Positions 37,653 to 47,577 of a stretch of 64,000 nt of DNA are shown here, piece by piece (position 1 is the first letter of the stretch; every line of letters starts with the position of its first letter). Made by a program: the position numbers and the translations under genes. The notes below the pieces were generated by a model. The model saw only the letters and a list, made by a program, of their open reading frames with translations. It searched no databases and had not been told where the DNA came from. The DNA is from a virus (Duplodnaviria; Caudoviricetes), in the IMG/VR virus record IMGVR_UViG_3300032214_000867, positions 820 to 64,819 of that record. One strand, 5' to 3'.

Positions 37653-37662
37653 TTACGAAATT

Positions 37663-38451
37663 ATGGAAAATATAAAAAACACTATTTTAAATTTTTTGGA
37701 TTATAATTGGAATGGATCTTGGAAAGAACTAGAAAAATTTGCTGCATTAAAACAAGGTAAGGGGTGGGGATCTGGAACGATTGTTGAAGAGGTTGATAAT
37801 TGTATTTCTTTGTTAAATGATGATCCAAAAATTGTATTGGATATTGGAAGCAATATTGGTCTTTATACACAAGAACTACTTAAAAGATATCCTGATGCAA
37901 TTTATTTTTTATTTGAACCATCTGATTATAATATAAACATTCTATCTAATAAATTTTATTCTTGTGATAATGTTTATTGTAGTTCATACGCATTATCTGA
38001 TAAAACTACAACAGATGCTTTGTATTCTGACAAACCTGGATCTGGTTTAGCTTCTTTGACAAAGAGAAGATTGAATCATTTTAATATTGATATGGATTTT
38101 GTTCAAAATGTCAAAACAATACGATTTGATGAATTTTTAAAATTGGATGATATTCCAAAAATTCCAGAAATTATTGATTATGTGAAAATGGATGTTGAAG
38201 GACACGAACTTTCTGTACTAAATGGATTTGGAAATCTAATTGAAAAAATTAAATTAATTCAATTTGAATTTGGCGGTTGTAATATAGATACTAAAACTTA
38301 TTTTCAAGATTTTTGGTATTTCTTTAAAAGTTTTGATTTTTCAATGTATATTATAACTTTTGATGGTCCTCAAAAAATAAATCAATATGAAGAATCTTTT
38401 GAATTCTTTTCTACTACAAATTATATTGCTTTGAATAATAAATTAAAATAA
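37663..38451 (+). CDS. FkbM family methyltransferase
   Basis: LDIGSNIG, FEP, KMDVEGHELSVLNG, IQFEFG. Confidence 0.92.
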   Translation: MENIKNTILNFLDYNWNGSWKELEKFAALKQGKGWGSGTIVEEVDNCISLLNDDPKIVLDIGSNIGLYTQELLKRYPDAIYFLFEPSDYNINILSNKFYSCDNVYCSSYALSDKTTTDALYSDKPGSGLASLTKRRLNHFNIDMDFVQNVKTIRFDEFLKLDDIPKIPEIIDYVKMDVEGHELSVLNGFGNLIEKIKLIQFEFGGCNIDTKTYFQDFWYFFKSFDFSMYIITFDGPQKINQYEESFEFFSTTNYIALNNKLK

Positions 38452-39140
38452 TGAAAATCTGTATTTTAACAATCGCTACAAATAAGTATCTTCAATTTGT
38501 TGAAGAACTTTACGACTCTATTGAGAAGAATTTTCTTAATGGGCATGAGATTAGTTGTCTTTTGTTTACTGACCATGAAGTAGAAACATCAGACAACGTA
38601 AGAGTTCACTATATTGATCATGAACCTTGGCCTATGCCAACTTTAAAGCGTTATAATTATTTTGTTAAGGAGAAAGAATTCATTCTTCAGCACGATTATT
38701 GTTTCTATTTTGATGCCGATATGAGAGTTGATAATTTGGTTGGTGATGAAGTTTTAAGTGATCTGGTCGGAACTCAACACCCGTATCAATCTTTTCATTC
38801 TATTGAGAAAATGTCTTATGATAGAAATCCAAAGTCTTTAGCATATGTTCCTTTGGGTGAAGGTAAAAATTATTATGCTGGTGGATTTAATGGTGGATCT
38901 ACCAAATCTTTTATTGAAATGTCTGAAGTGATTGCTGATAGAGTTAATAAAGATTTGGAAAAAGATGTAATCGCTTTATGGCATGATGAAAGTCATATGA
39001 ACCGATATATGATCGATAATCCTCCTACATTATCATTAACACCATCTTATTGTTTTGCTGAAGAATTTTATGGGACTGATTATCCACATGAACCCAAGAT
39101 TATTGCTTTGAGGAGAAATAAAGATGAACTTAGATCTTAG
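38451..39140 (+). CDS. GT6 glycosyltransferase (ABO-type alpha-1,3-Gal/GalNAc transferase family)
   Basis: IATNKY, FTD, WPMPTLKRY, FDADM, YYAGGFNGG, ALWHDESHMNRY. Confidence 0.92.
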   Translation: MKICILTIATNKYLQFVEELYDSIEKNFLNGHEISCLLFTDHEVETSDNVRVHYIDHEPWPMPTLKRYNYFVKEKEFILQHDYCFYFDADMRVDNLVGDEVLSDLVGTQHPYQSFHSIEKMSYDRNPKSLAYVPLGEGKNYYAGGFNGGSTKSFIEMSEVIADRVNKDLEKDVIALWHDESHMNRYMIDNPPTLSLTPSYCFAEEFYGTDYPHEPKIIALRRNKDELRS

Positions 39141-39777
39141 GGAAATACCTTTCTATTACATTAATCTTGAAAATGCAGTAGAAAGAAAAGAAAAAACAGA
39201 AAATCATTTAAAAGCACTTGGTATCAAAAGTATTAATAGGATTAATGCTGTTCCTCATAGTAATGGATTTGCTGGATGTGCCAGAACCGTAAGTGATTTT
39301 TTACATCAGATTACAGAGGGACCTTTTGTTTTAATTGAAGATGATATTGATGTTAAAAGGTGGGATCCGATTATAGAAGTTCCAGATGATGCCGATGCTC
39401 TTTATCTTGGTATTTCTGGATGGGGAAGAATGAATGGACACTCTGGTCCATTTGTTCAGTGGGAGCAAGTTGATGATAATCTTCTTCGCGTTTATAATAT
39501 GTTAAGTGGACATGCAATTGTATATCTTTCTGGAGAATGGGTTGAGATGGCAAGGCGTTGCTGTCATCATGCTGGATATGTGATTGAAAGTTATTATGAT
39601 GTTCAGATTGCGGAAGTTCAAAGATTTTTTAACATTTATGCTTTAGATGATCCATACTTTTATCAGACCAGTTCTGATGGAAATCAAAAAGTAACATATG
39701 AAAAACTTTCTACTCAACAATCATTAGAGTGTTTATCATACATTCCACAACTGTTTTTACCAGAAAGAATTAACTGA
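39124..39777 (+). CDS. GT25-like glycosyltransferase
   Basis: YYINL..ERK, GC, LIEDD, LYLG, HAIVY. Confidence 0.75.
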   Translation: MNLDLREIPFYYINLENAVERKEKTENHLKALGIKSINRINAVPHSNGFAGCARTVSDFLHQITEGPFVLIEDDIDVKRWDPIIEVPDDADALYLGISGWGRMNGHSGPFVQWEQVDDNLLRVYNMLSGHAIVYLSGEWVEMARRCCHHAGYVIESYYDVQIAEVQRFFNIYALDDPYFYQTSSDGNQKVTYEKLSTQQSLECLSYIPQLFLPERIN

Positions 39778-40724
39778 TGTATATTGCTTCTTGCCCTCTT
39801 CGAGTTTCTTTATTTGGAGGATCTACAGATAACCCGTACTTTGTTGAAAAGTATGGGTTTGGTTCCGTAATTAGTTTTAGTTGCAATCTTAAAACTTATA
39901 TCAGTCTCCATGAGGATAAGTTGGGATACAATATGCAAGGAAGAAAGTATATTGTAAACTATTCCAAAAGAGAAGAAACTGAATATATTGGTGATATTAA
40001 GAATGAGTTGGTTCGGATTGTTCTAAACTACTTTGGATGTTTTCCTTTAACTGTGAGTATGACTAGTGATGCATATTCGCAGGGTAGTGGTCTTGCTTCA
40101 TCATCATCTTATATTATTGCTCTGATTAAGTGTATTTCTATGTTTAAAGACTTGCATTTAACTGATATTGAAATCTGTGAACTTGCTCTTCAATTGGAGC
40201 AAGAGATGAATCCTTACTGTGGATATCAAGATCCTTATGGATGTGGTATTGGTGGATTTAAAAAGATTGATTTTGAAAAAGGTGGCATCATTAAATATAA
40301 TTTCTTATCTACAGATTTGTTCAAGAACTATGATGCCCATTTGGTTTTTACTGGTGTAACAAGAAATTCCAAAAATGTTCTTCAAGATGTAACTGCAAAT
40401 ATTGATAAGTCTTTGCCTTTGTTAAAAACTGTAGATGATGCTTATGGTGCTTTAAGATCAAAGGATTATATTAAGTTTTTGGATTTGTTAAATTACGGAT
40501 GGGAACAGAAAAAGGCAACAAGTTCATTGATTACGGAAAATGAGGAAATAAAGAATATTGATAAAGTTCTTACCGATAGTAAAGAAGTGATTGCTCATAA
40601 ACTTTGTGGTGCTGGAAATGGTGGTTTCTTTCTTGTATTCTCGGAACCAGATACCTTGAAAATTCCGTATAAATCAATTAAAATAGATGTAGAACCAAAC
40701 GGAGTAGTAGGACATAAATTATGA
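39777..40724 (+). CDS. hddA: GHMP sugar kinase, HddA-like heptose-7-phosphate kinase
   Basis: PLRVSLFGGSTD, GSGLASSSS, GYQD.Y..GG, KLCGAGNGGF. Confidence 0.85.
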   Translation: MYIASCPLRVSLFGGSTDNPYFVEKYGFGSVISFSCNLKTYISLHEDKLGYNMQGRKYIVNYSKREETEYIGDIKNELVRIVLNYFGCFPLTVSMTSDAYSQGSGLASSSSYIIALIKCISMFKDLHLTDIEICELALQLEQEMNPYCGYQDPYGCGIGGFKKIDFEKGGIIKYNFLSTDLFKNYDAHLVFTGVTRNSKNVLQDVTANIDKSLPLLKTVDDAYGALRSKDYIKFLDLLNYGWEQKKATSSLITENEEIKNIDKVLTDSKEVIAHKLCGAGNGGFFLVFSEPDTLKIPYKSIKIDVEPNGVVGHKL

Positions 40725-41224
40725 ACCCTTTTACGGAATATATTGATGCTCTTCAATCTGCCCATATGGGTAATGAGTTTGAAAAATTTCAAGAAGCATT
40801 TAGGAAATATCCTAGAATTATTGTTCTAGGAAATGGTGGCAGCAATTCAGTTGCCTCTCATATCTCTCAAGATTATATGAAGTTTCATGGTAAGAAAGTT
40901 TCTATTCTTTCCGATCCTTCTATGCTAACGATGTTAACAAATGACTTTGGATATGAGAATGCATATCAAAAGTTTTTAGAATATTATGTTGAAGATAATA
41001 CTCTTGTGGTAATTATGAGCTCTGGTGGTGAGTCAAAAAATATGCTAAACTGTCTAGAGTGGTGTGAAATTAACAAAGTGAATTATGGGGTATTAACTGG
41101 ATTTAGTCCAGATAATAGTATTCGTACCAGAGCAACGAACGCTCTATGGAACTACTACATAAGTAGTGATGATTATGGTGTTGTTGAGTGTGTTCATCAA
41201 ATTTTTCTTCATGGAGTTGTATGA
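40721..41224 (+). CDS. gmhA: SIS-domain phosphoheptose isomerase (GmhA-like)
   Basis: GNGGS..ASH, TNDFGY, SSGGESKN, LTGF, YGVVECVH. Confidence 0.85.
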   Translation: MNPFTEYIDALQSAHMGNEFEKFQEAFRKYPRIIVLGNGGSNSVASHISQDYMKFHGKKVSILSDPSMLTMLTNDFGYENAYQKFLEYYVEDNTLVVIMSSGGESKNMLNCLEWCEINKVNYGVLTGFSPDNSIRTRATNALWNYYISSDDYGVVECVHQIFLHGVV

Positions 41225-41937
41225 GATATTGCTTTGATATTGACGGAACTCTTTGTCATACTCCAAATAATGAAAAGGGTAAACCAGATTATTTGAATGC
41301 CAGACCGTATGGTTTTATGGTTGAGCAAGTTAATCGTTTGTATGATGAAGGAAACTATATTATTTTGCAAACCGCAAGAGGTAAAGGATCTGGTATAGAT
41401 CACACAGAATTAACCAAAACTCAGTTAGCAGAATGGGGATATAAGTATCATGAACTATTCCCCATGTTCTGTAAACCAACTGCAGATATTTTTATTGATG
41501 ATAAGGCAGTTAATGCCGTAGACTGGGCGGCAAGTCAACCAAAAGTTAAAGGTATTGTTGCTGGAGCATTTGATCTTATTCATCCTGGATATATTAGGAT
41601 GTTTGAAGAGTGTAGGGAATACTGCAATCACCTTACTGTTGCTCTTCATGAAGATCCTTCTTGGGCACGACCAAACAAACTTCCTCCTGTTCAATCTTTA
41701 GAAGACAGAAAGGAGATTTTGAGATCTATTAAATATATTGACGATATTGTAGTTTATCAAGCAGAAGATACATTTTTATCTTATCTCAAAGACTATGATA
41801 TTAGATTTTTAGGTGATGACTATAGGGATGAATCTTATACTGGCAAAGACGTTGATATAAAAATTGTTTTTGTTGATAGAAGTCATGATTATTCGACTAC
41901 TGAATTAAAAAGAAAAATTGTTAAATCTTGGAGGTAA
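41221..41937 (+). CDS. HAD phosphatase fused to cytidylyltransferase-family nucleotidyltransferase
   Basis: FDIDGT, TARG, KPTADIFIDDK, then GAFDLIHPGY, R..IL, GDDY, YSTTELK. Confidence 0.88.
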   Translation: MRYCFDIDGTLCHTPNNEKGKPDYLNARPYGFMVEQVNRLYDEGNYIILQTARGKGSGIDHTELTKTQLAEWGYKYHELFPMFCKPTADIFIDDKAVNAVDWAASQPKVKGIVAGAFDLIHPGYIRMFEECREYCNHLTVALHEDPSWARPNKLPPVQSLEDRKEILRSIKYIDDIVVYQAEDTFLSYLKDYDIRFLGDDYRDESYTGKDVDIKIVFVDRSHDYSTTELKRKIVKSWR

Positions 41938-41941
41938 AAAA

Positions 41942-42838
41942 ATGAAAGCATTAGTGACAGGTGGTGCAGGTTTTATTGGATCAAATCTTGTCGATAAACT
42001 GGTTGAACTTGGACATGAAGTTGTAGTTATTGATAATGAAAGTGCCGAGTCTAATGAGCAGTTCTATTGGAACGATAAAGCACAAAACTATAAGTATGAT
42101 ATTCGTGATTACGCGAATACCCGACCTCTTTATGATGGAGTAGATTTTGTATTTCATCTTGCAGCAGAGTCTAGAATTCAACCCGCAATTGAAAATCCGA
42201 TTGAAGCAGTGAGTCTTAATTCTGTTGGAACCTGTACGGTTCTTCAGTGTTCTCGTGAGGCGGGCGTAAAGCGTGTGATGTATTCTTCTACTTCTTCTGG
42301 ATATGGAATGAATCAATCTCCAAATGTAGAAACACAACCAGATGATTGTTTAAATCCATACTCGGTTTCTAAAGTCAATGGTGAAAAACTTTGTAAAATG
42401 TATACAAGTTTGTATGGTCTCCCTACGATTTCTTTCAGGTATTTTAATGTTTATGGTGAGCGCCAACCTCTTCGCGGTCAATATGCTCCTGTAATTGGTA
42501 TCTTCCTTCGCCAACGTGCTGCTGGAGAACCTCTGACGATTGTTGCCGATGGAAACCAGCGCAGGGATTTTACCTATGTTGGTGATGTTGTAAACGCAAA
42601 TATCCTTGCTGCAACTACAGAAGTTGACTCTGATGCATTTGGACAACTTTATAATGTTGGTAATGGTGTCAATTATTCAATCAATCAAATTGCCAGAATG
42701 ATTGATCACCCAACAGTTAATATTCCCCCACGTCCAGGTGAAGCACGAGTAAGTCTTGCTAATAATCAAAAACTTCGTAAGACCTTTGGTTGGGAACCTA
42801 CCGTTAAGGTTGAAGACTGGATTAAGGAGCAACTTTGA
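41942..42838 (+). CDS. NAD-dependent nucleotide-sugar epimerase
   Basis: TGGAGFIGS, HLAA, SSTSS, PYSVSK, RYFNVYG, RDFTYV. Confidence 0.92.
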   Translation: MKALVTGGAGFIGSNLVDKLVELGHEVVVIDNESAESNEQFYWNDKAQNYKYDIRDYANTRPLYDGVDFVFHLAAESRIQPAIENPIEAVSLNSVGTCTVLQCSREAGVKRVMYSSTSSGYGMNQSPNVETQPDDCLNPYSVSKVNGEKLCKMYTSLYGLPTISFRYFNVYGERQPLRGQYAPVIGIFLRQRAAGEPLTIVADGNQRRDFTYVGDVVNANILAATTEVDSDAFGQLYNVGNGVNYSINQIARMIDHPTVNIPPRPGEARVSLANNQKLRKTFGWEPTVKVEDWIKEQL

Positions 42839-42839
42839 T

Positions 42840-43670
42840 ATGACTGTTCAAATCTTTACAACAGTAGTTAATCGTCCTGATTTTGTAGAAATACAAGATA
42901 AATTATTCAAAAAATTTTTGAAAGAAGAGTATCAATTTCATGTTGTTGATGACTCTATGGATGAAAATATTTCTCAAGAGTTTAAAACTATTTGTGAAAA
43001 GTACTCAATTCATTATTATCGTAAACCGCAGAGTGAAAGTAAAAAGTTTGATAATCCTTTAGCAGGTGCTCGCCATGCCACTGAAACTATTCAGTGGACT
43101 TATGATAATCTTATTAAGCAAAATCATTCAAAAGATTTGATTTTATTTTGTGACTCTGACATGTTCTTGTTGGATGATTTTTCTCTTGAAGAATATATGA
43201 ATGGTGAAATTATTGCTGGTCATCTTCAAGTTAGGGGACATGTAAGATATATTTGGAATGGACTTATGTTCTTTAACATGGAAAAAATTTCAGAGATTGA
43301 TACAGATCTCAATTTCTCCGATGGTGATATTGAGGGTCAACTTACTGATATTGGTGGACACTTGTATCCTTATTTTAAAAAGTATAATATTAATTTTAAA
43401 AGGATTAATGATAGTGGAACTGACGGTGAAGACTATCCAGAGTATCCATCCAAATATAATGGAGTTGAAATTCCAGTATTATTAACTTCTGATATGTGGT
43501 GTAAACCTGAAGATGGGTACAATTTTGAATTGCACTTGAACGGAACTTTTCTTCATTATCGTGCTGGAACTAACTGGCACACTCAAACTAGTTGGAAAAC
43601 TAAAGAAGATCCTTTAAAACTAAAGGCACAAATTTTTAATCAAATTATAGGAGATTTTATCCATGAGTAA
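42840..43670 (+). CDS. Probable glycosyltransferase-like protein
   Basis: NRPDF..Q, VVDD, FCDSDMFL, DIGG, FLHYRAGTNW. Confidence 0.6.
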   Translation: MTVQIFTTVVNRPDFVEIQDKLFKKFLKEEYQFHVVDDSMDENISQEFKTICEKYSIHYYRKPQSESKKFDNPLAGARHATETIQWTYDNLIKQNHSKDLILFCDSDMFLLDDFSLEEYMNGEIIAGHLQVRGHVRYIWNGLMFFNMEKISEIDTDLNFSDGDIEGQLTDIGGHLYPYFKKYNINFKRINDSGTDGEDYPEYPSKYNGVEIPVLLTSDMWCKPEDGYNFELHLNGTFLHYRAGTNWHTQTSWKTKEDPLKLKAQIFNQIIGDFIHE

Positions 43671-44352
43671 TGTAAATATTGAAGTTAAAACTGAATATCC
43701 AGGAGCTTTTGAATCATTAGATCATTTGTATCCACTAGGATCTGTAAATGATAATTTTAGTTCTTTAGAACTTATTTCTGAAGTTAGCGAATATTTTGGA
43801 ATTAATAATCAAATATCTGTTTTGGATTTGGGATGTGCTGGTGGTAAATTTATTTGTGATTTTATTAATCAGGGAGATATTGGTGTAGGACTTGAAGGCA
43901 GCAGTACTGCAATTTCTGGTGCAGGAAAGGTAAATTGGAAAAAATACTATAATAAAAATTTATTTCTTTGTGATATTGGAAAACCATTTGAAATATTAAA
44001 TAATGGATCTCGCTTAAATTTTGATTTTATTCATTCTGAAGAAGTTTTTGAACATATACCAGAGCAAGATATTGATTGTTTACTTCAAAATATTAAAAAT
44101 CATATGAAAGAAGAGGCAATTTGTTTGTTTGGTATTTCAATTGTTACAAGTATTCATACTCAACCAGATGGTACTCAAATTGATTTACATGTAACTAATA
44201 AACCTGCAGAATGGTGGATTGAAAAATTTGACAATACTGGATTTAAATTGTGTGAAAATGGTGTAACTCAAGGAAATATTTATGGATTTATTTTTAAATC
44301 TGTAGTAAGACCTTGTCAGGATACAATTTATTTTTGCCTAGAAAAAAAATAA
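43663..44352 (+). CDS. Class I SAM-dependent methyltransferase
   Basis: VLDLGCAGG, GLEGS, EVFEHIP. Confidence 0.88.
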   Translation: MSNVNIEVKTEYPGAFESLDHLYPLGSVNDNFSSLELISEVSEYFGINNQISVLDLGCAGGKFICDFINQGDIGVGLEGSSTAISGAGKVNWKKYYNKNLFLCDIGKPFEILNNGSRLNFDFIHSEEVFEHIPEQDIDCLLQNIKNHMKEEAICLFGISIVTSIHTQPDGTQIDLHVTNKPAEWWIEKFDNTGFKLCENGVTQGNIYGFIFKSVVRPCQDTIYFCLEKK

Positions 44353-44384
44353 TTAAAACAAATTTTTACAATGATTGAAAAAAT

Positions 44385-45167
44385 ATGGTAACTATACTTA
44401 AGCAGTGCGGATTGTCTAATAGGATAAAAACTATGTGGAGCGCAGTTCCTTTTCATGATGAAATTTATACCGAATCGGCATCAGATGCTTACATATTTCC
44501 AGATATTAAATTTACTGATAATACTATAAATCCAATAATTGATTGGAGATTAAAAGTTCTTCCAGAAGAAGAAAAGTATATTGATGAATACAAAACTATA
44601 GATCTTTTATATGAAAAGACCCCACAATATTTTATAGACAAGTATTTGAAAATTATTGAAAATTTAAAAATTAATCCTGATATATTGGAATATGTTAATG
44701 ATTTTGTTGAAGACTGGGACAATGAAGTTTTAGGAGTTCATATTAGAACATGGTGGTCTGGTGGAGATAGGAGTTTATGGCATCATAATTCTTTATTCGA
44801 AGAGCAAATTGAAAAACTTCCAAACGATTTAAAAATATTTTTATGTAGTGATAGTCCAGATACTATAAAACATTTTACTAACAAATATGGAGATAGAATT
44901 ATCTTTCATCCACAAAAACTTCATAATATGGCTTTGATGAATATTAATCCTTATGATCAGCATTATAGTGATATTCAACTTGTTGTGGATGGTTTTATAG
45001 ATTGTTTATTGTTGTCAAAGTGTAGTACAATTATTGGAACATGGTGTAGTACATTTACCGAGTGTGCTTGGTGGTTTGGTGGATGCAAAGCAAAAGTTAT
45101 TATTCCAGAACCATTAAATTATGATCCAAATTATAATGATAAGTTGTTTTTAAGAAAAGATGGATAA
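44385..45167 (+). CDS. O-fucosyltransferase-fold (GT-B) glycosyltransferase
   Basis: GLSNRI, GVHIRT, FLCSD, LLSKC..IIGT..STF. Confidence 0.75.
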   Translation: MVTILKQCGLSNRIKTMWSAVPFHDEIYTESASDAYIFPDIKFTDNTINPIIDWRLKVLPEEEKYIDEYKTIDLLYEKTPQYFIDKYLKIIENLKINPDILEYVNDFVEDWDNEVLGVHIRTWWSGGDRSLWHHNSLFEEQIEKLPNDLKIFLCSDSPDTIKHFTNKYGDRIIFHPQKLHNMALMNINPYDQHYSDIQLVVDGFIDCLLLSKCSTIIGTWCSTFTECAWWFGGCKAKVIIPEPLNYDPNYNDKLFLRKDG

Positions 45168-45951
45168 AAATAAAGCAGCATATAAACTCAAAGGTCTCCC
45201 TGAAATTTATTATATTAATCTGGATGATCAACCAGAGAGAGCAAAGTATATGGAGGACCAATTTAAATATTGGGAGGTTGAGAAATATACTCGTATTTCT
45301 GCATACGATGGGCGTGATGATGATCTAAGTGATATTATTAAAGGTAGATATCCATCTATGATGAACTCTGGTGAAGTTGGGTGTGTTACCTCTCATCTAA
45401 AATGCTTAAAACATTTCTTAGAAAATTCTAATGATCCATGTGTATTAATAATGGAAGATGATTGTGATTTGGACACTGTTAAGCACTGGTCATTTTCTTG
45501 GAAAGATTTTTATTCTAAAATTCCATATGATTATGATGTTATTCAATTAGCAATAATTAATCCGGCTCAAATTCATATGAAATTGCATAGAAGATTTGTT
45601 AACGATTTTTCAACTGCATGTTATTTAATTACACGACATCATGCACAAAAATTAGTTAATCTTCACTGTAGGGATGATAAGTATAAGTTAGATAATGGAG
45701 TTAAACCTCGTGCGGTTGCTGACGATTTAATTTATAATTCTGGAAATACTTTTTCAATTCCTCTATTCATGTATAAAATTGAATTGGGTTCTTCTATTCA
45801 TAAAGATCATATAGATGTTTTTCACAGATCTAGTTACGATGGTCTATGGCAATTTTGGAAAAATGAATCATCTGACGTTACGGATTGGAATTCTATTTTT
45901 GATTATGATCCTTATTTTGGAACACTTCCTCCAGGTTGGGAAGGAAAATAG
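45160..45951 (+). CDS. GT25 glycosyltransferase
   Basis: YYINL...R, RISAYDG, GEVGCVTSH, IMEDD, TACYLI. Confidence 0.88.
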   Translation: MDKNKAAYKLKGLPEIYYINLDDQPERAKYMEDQFKYWEVEKYTRISAYDGRDDDLSDIIKGRYPSMMNSGEVGCVTSHLKCLKHFLENSNDPCVLIMEDDCDLDTVKHWSFSWKDFYSKIPYDYDVIQLAIINPAQIHMKLHRRFVNDFSTACYLITRHHAQKLVNLHCRDDKYKLDNGVKPRAVADDLIYNSGNTFSIPLFMYKIELGSSIHKDHIDVFHRSSYDGLWQFWKNESSDVTDWNSIFDYDPYFGTLPPGWEGK

Positions 45952-45987
45952 TAAGCATTTATACTTATAATGTGTGAAAACCGTAAC

Positions 45988-46045
45988 AAAGGGGTGCTTG
46001 ACACCCCTTTCTTTTTGCTATATAATTCTGTAACAGTTCTTTACA
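45988..46045 (+). promoter_or_regulatory. Terminator hairpin containing a consensus sigma70 promoter, with HLR1-like repeat
   Basis: AAAGGGGTG-CTTGA-CACCCCTTT; TTGACA 45998-17 nt-TATAAT 46021; minus-strand GTAAAGAA-CT-GTTACAGA. Confidence 0.78.
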
Positions 46046-46053
46046 AAACTACG

Positions 46054-46257
46054 ATGACTGTAACGACCAATGAGTATGGCCAACAAAATATGTGGGCCAA
46101 AGAACCTGAAATGGTTTATCAAGAATACAATCGCAAGGGTCTTATGACTCCTATGCAAACTACGGAGATGTACAATGGACGCTGGGCAATGGTCGGTATT
46201 GTTGCTGGGGCTCTTTCTTATGCTCTCACTGGCAAACTCTTTTTCGGCATCTTCTGA
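46054..46257 (+). CDS. hli: High-light inducible protein
   Basis: NMWAKEP; TEMYNGRWAMVG; TGKLFFGIF. Confidence 0.93.
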   Translation: MTVTTNEYGQQNMWAKEPEMVYQEYNRKGLMTPMQTTEMYNGRWAMVGIVAGALSYALTGKLFFGIF

Positions 46258-46270
46258 TAATTGATTGACA

Positions 46271-46357
46271 ATGGCAGAATTTACGTTTACAATTACTAGT
46301 GTTGCCTTCTTCGTACTGTTGGCAGCATCCGTAGAAAAACTTTGTGAAACTTACTAA
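46271..46357 (+). CDS. Small hydrophobic peptide (28 aa)
   Basis: [28 protein letters not shown]; TAATG coupling to petF. Confidence 0.5.
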   Translation: MAEFTFTITSVAFFVLLAASVEKLCETY

Positions 46358-46650
46358 TGGCAACCTATAACGTTACCCTTCAATCTCCTGATGGCACTGA
46401 AACTACTATTCAGTGTCCCGATGACCAATACATTCTTGAAGCTGCTGAAGAGGCAGGAGTAGATCTTCCTTCTTCATGTAAAGCTGGTGCTTGCTCTGCT
46501 TGTGCTGGTAAACTGATTAGCGGCACCGTGGACAACGAGGAGCAATCGTTCCTTGATGATGACCAGATTGCTGAAGGTTGGGTACTCACTTGTGTGGCAT
46601 ATCCTACTAGCGATTGTGTAATCCTTACCGAACAAGAAGAAAATCTGTGA
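46357..46650 (+). CDS. petF: Plant-type [2Fe-2S] ferredoxin
   Basis: [13 protein letters not shown]...VLTCVAYP. Confidence 0.97.
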   Translation: MATYNVTLQSPDGTETTIQCPDDQYILEAAEEAGVDLPSSCKAGACSACAGKLISGTVDNEEQSFLDDDQIAEGWVLTCVAYPTSDCVILTEQEENL

Positions 46651-46859
46651 GTGCTAATATGTTAGGGCAATTTAACCTTGTCCTTCAAGAGTTGATTGAT
46701 AGTGGTGCCTGGGATCGAGATGTAGAACTAGAAGTCAAGATTGCAGGCACTCTTAAAAATGATAAGTTTATCGTTATTAAACCTATAAAAGAAAAAATGG
46801 TTTGTAATCCAAACCCAGAACTTAAACAACAACACCCTTATCAAGGAGAAACAAAATGA
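46647..46859 (+). CDS. Hypothetical protein
   Basis: GTG start overlapping petF stop; [19 protein letters not shown]. Confidence 0.55.
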   Translation: MSANMLGQFNLVLQELIDSGAWDRDVELEVKIAGTLKNDKFIVIKPIKEKMVCNPNPELKQQHPYQGETK

Positions 46860-46978
46860 AAAAATTCGGTTTTACCCCTGAGGCAGAGATCCTCAACGCA
46901 CGTCTGGCTATGATTGGTTTCGTTGCTGGAGTTGGTGCTTATCTGGTTACTGGACAAATTATTCCTGGTATTTTCTGA
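46856..46978 (+). CDS. hli: High-light inducible protein (40 aa, below ORF-track cut-off)
   Basis: FTPEAEILNARLAMIGF...TGQIIPGIF; AGGAG SD. Confidence 0.95.
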   Translation: MKKFGFTPEAEILNARLAMIGFVAGVGAYLVTGQIIPGIF

Positions 46979-47517
46979 TGGAAGTCAATATGCGTAAAGA
47001 AGGATATCAAGTACCTGAAGTTCAATTTTTGTTCAGGGAAAATGGAGAGTTTGTAAATCGCACATCATCAGAACTTTTTAATGGAAAGCGTGTGGTCATT
47101 TTTAGTTTGCCTGGTGCTTTCACTCCTACTTGCAGTGCCTATCAGTTACCTGGATTCGAAGAGAGATACGACGACTTTATTGGTCTTGGCATCGACGATA
47201 TTTACTGCATCTCTGTTAATGATGGGTTTGTGATGAACGCCTGGGCTAAAGACCAGAATATTGAGAAAGTAACTCTTATTCCAGATGGAAATGCATATTT
47301 TACACGCTCCATGGGAATGCTTGTTAATAAGTCTAATCTTGGTTTTGGTAATCGCTCTTGGCGTTACGCTGCAATTGTAGATAATGGAATTATCGAAAAA
47401 CTTTTTATTGAAGAAGGTTTGCGTGATAATTCTGATGTTGATCCATATGAAGAAACAACTCCAGATAAAGTCCTTGAATATGTTTCGGAAAATGTAAAAG
47501 TGCCTGCTACTGTTTGA
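46978..47517 (+). CDS. Peroxiredoxin (Prx5/type II)
   Basis: LPGAFTPTCS..QLPG, SVNDGFVMNAW, GFGNRSWRYA. Confidence 0.95.
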   Translation: MEVNMRKEGYQVPEVQFLFRENGEFVNRTSSELFNGKRVVIFSLPGAFTPTCSAYQLPGFEERYDDFIGLGIDDIYCISVNDGFVMNAWAKDQNIEKVTLIPDGNAYFTRSMGMLVNKSNLGFGNRSWRYAAIVDNGIIEKLFIEEGLRDNSDVDPYEETTPDKVLEYVSENVKVPATV

Positions 47518-47537
47518 AACAATAAGTAATAATATTT

Positions 47538-47571
47538 AACTCTGTTGCTAAATAGGCAGCAGAGTTTTTTT
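47538..47571 (+). terminator. Terminator with late-promoter motif at its apex
   Basis: AACTCTGTTGC/GCAGCAGAGTT stem, CTAAATA at 47548, T run. Confidence 0.7.
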
Positions 47572-47577
47572 ATGTTT

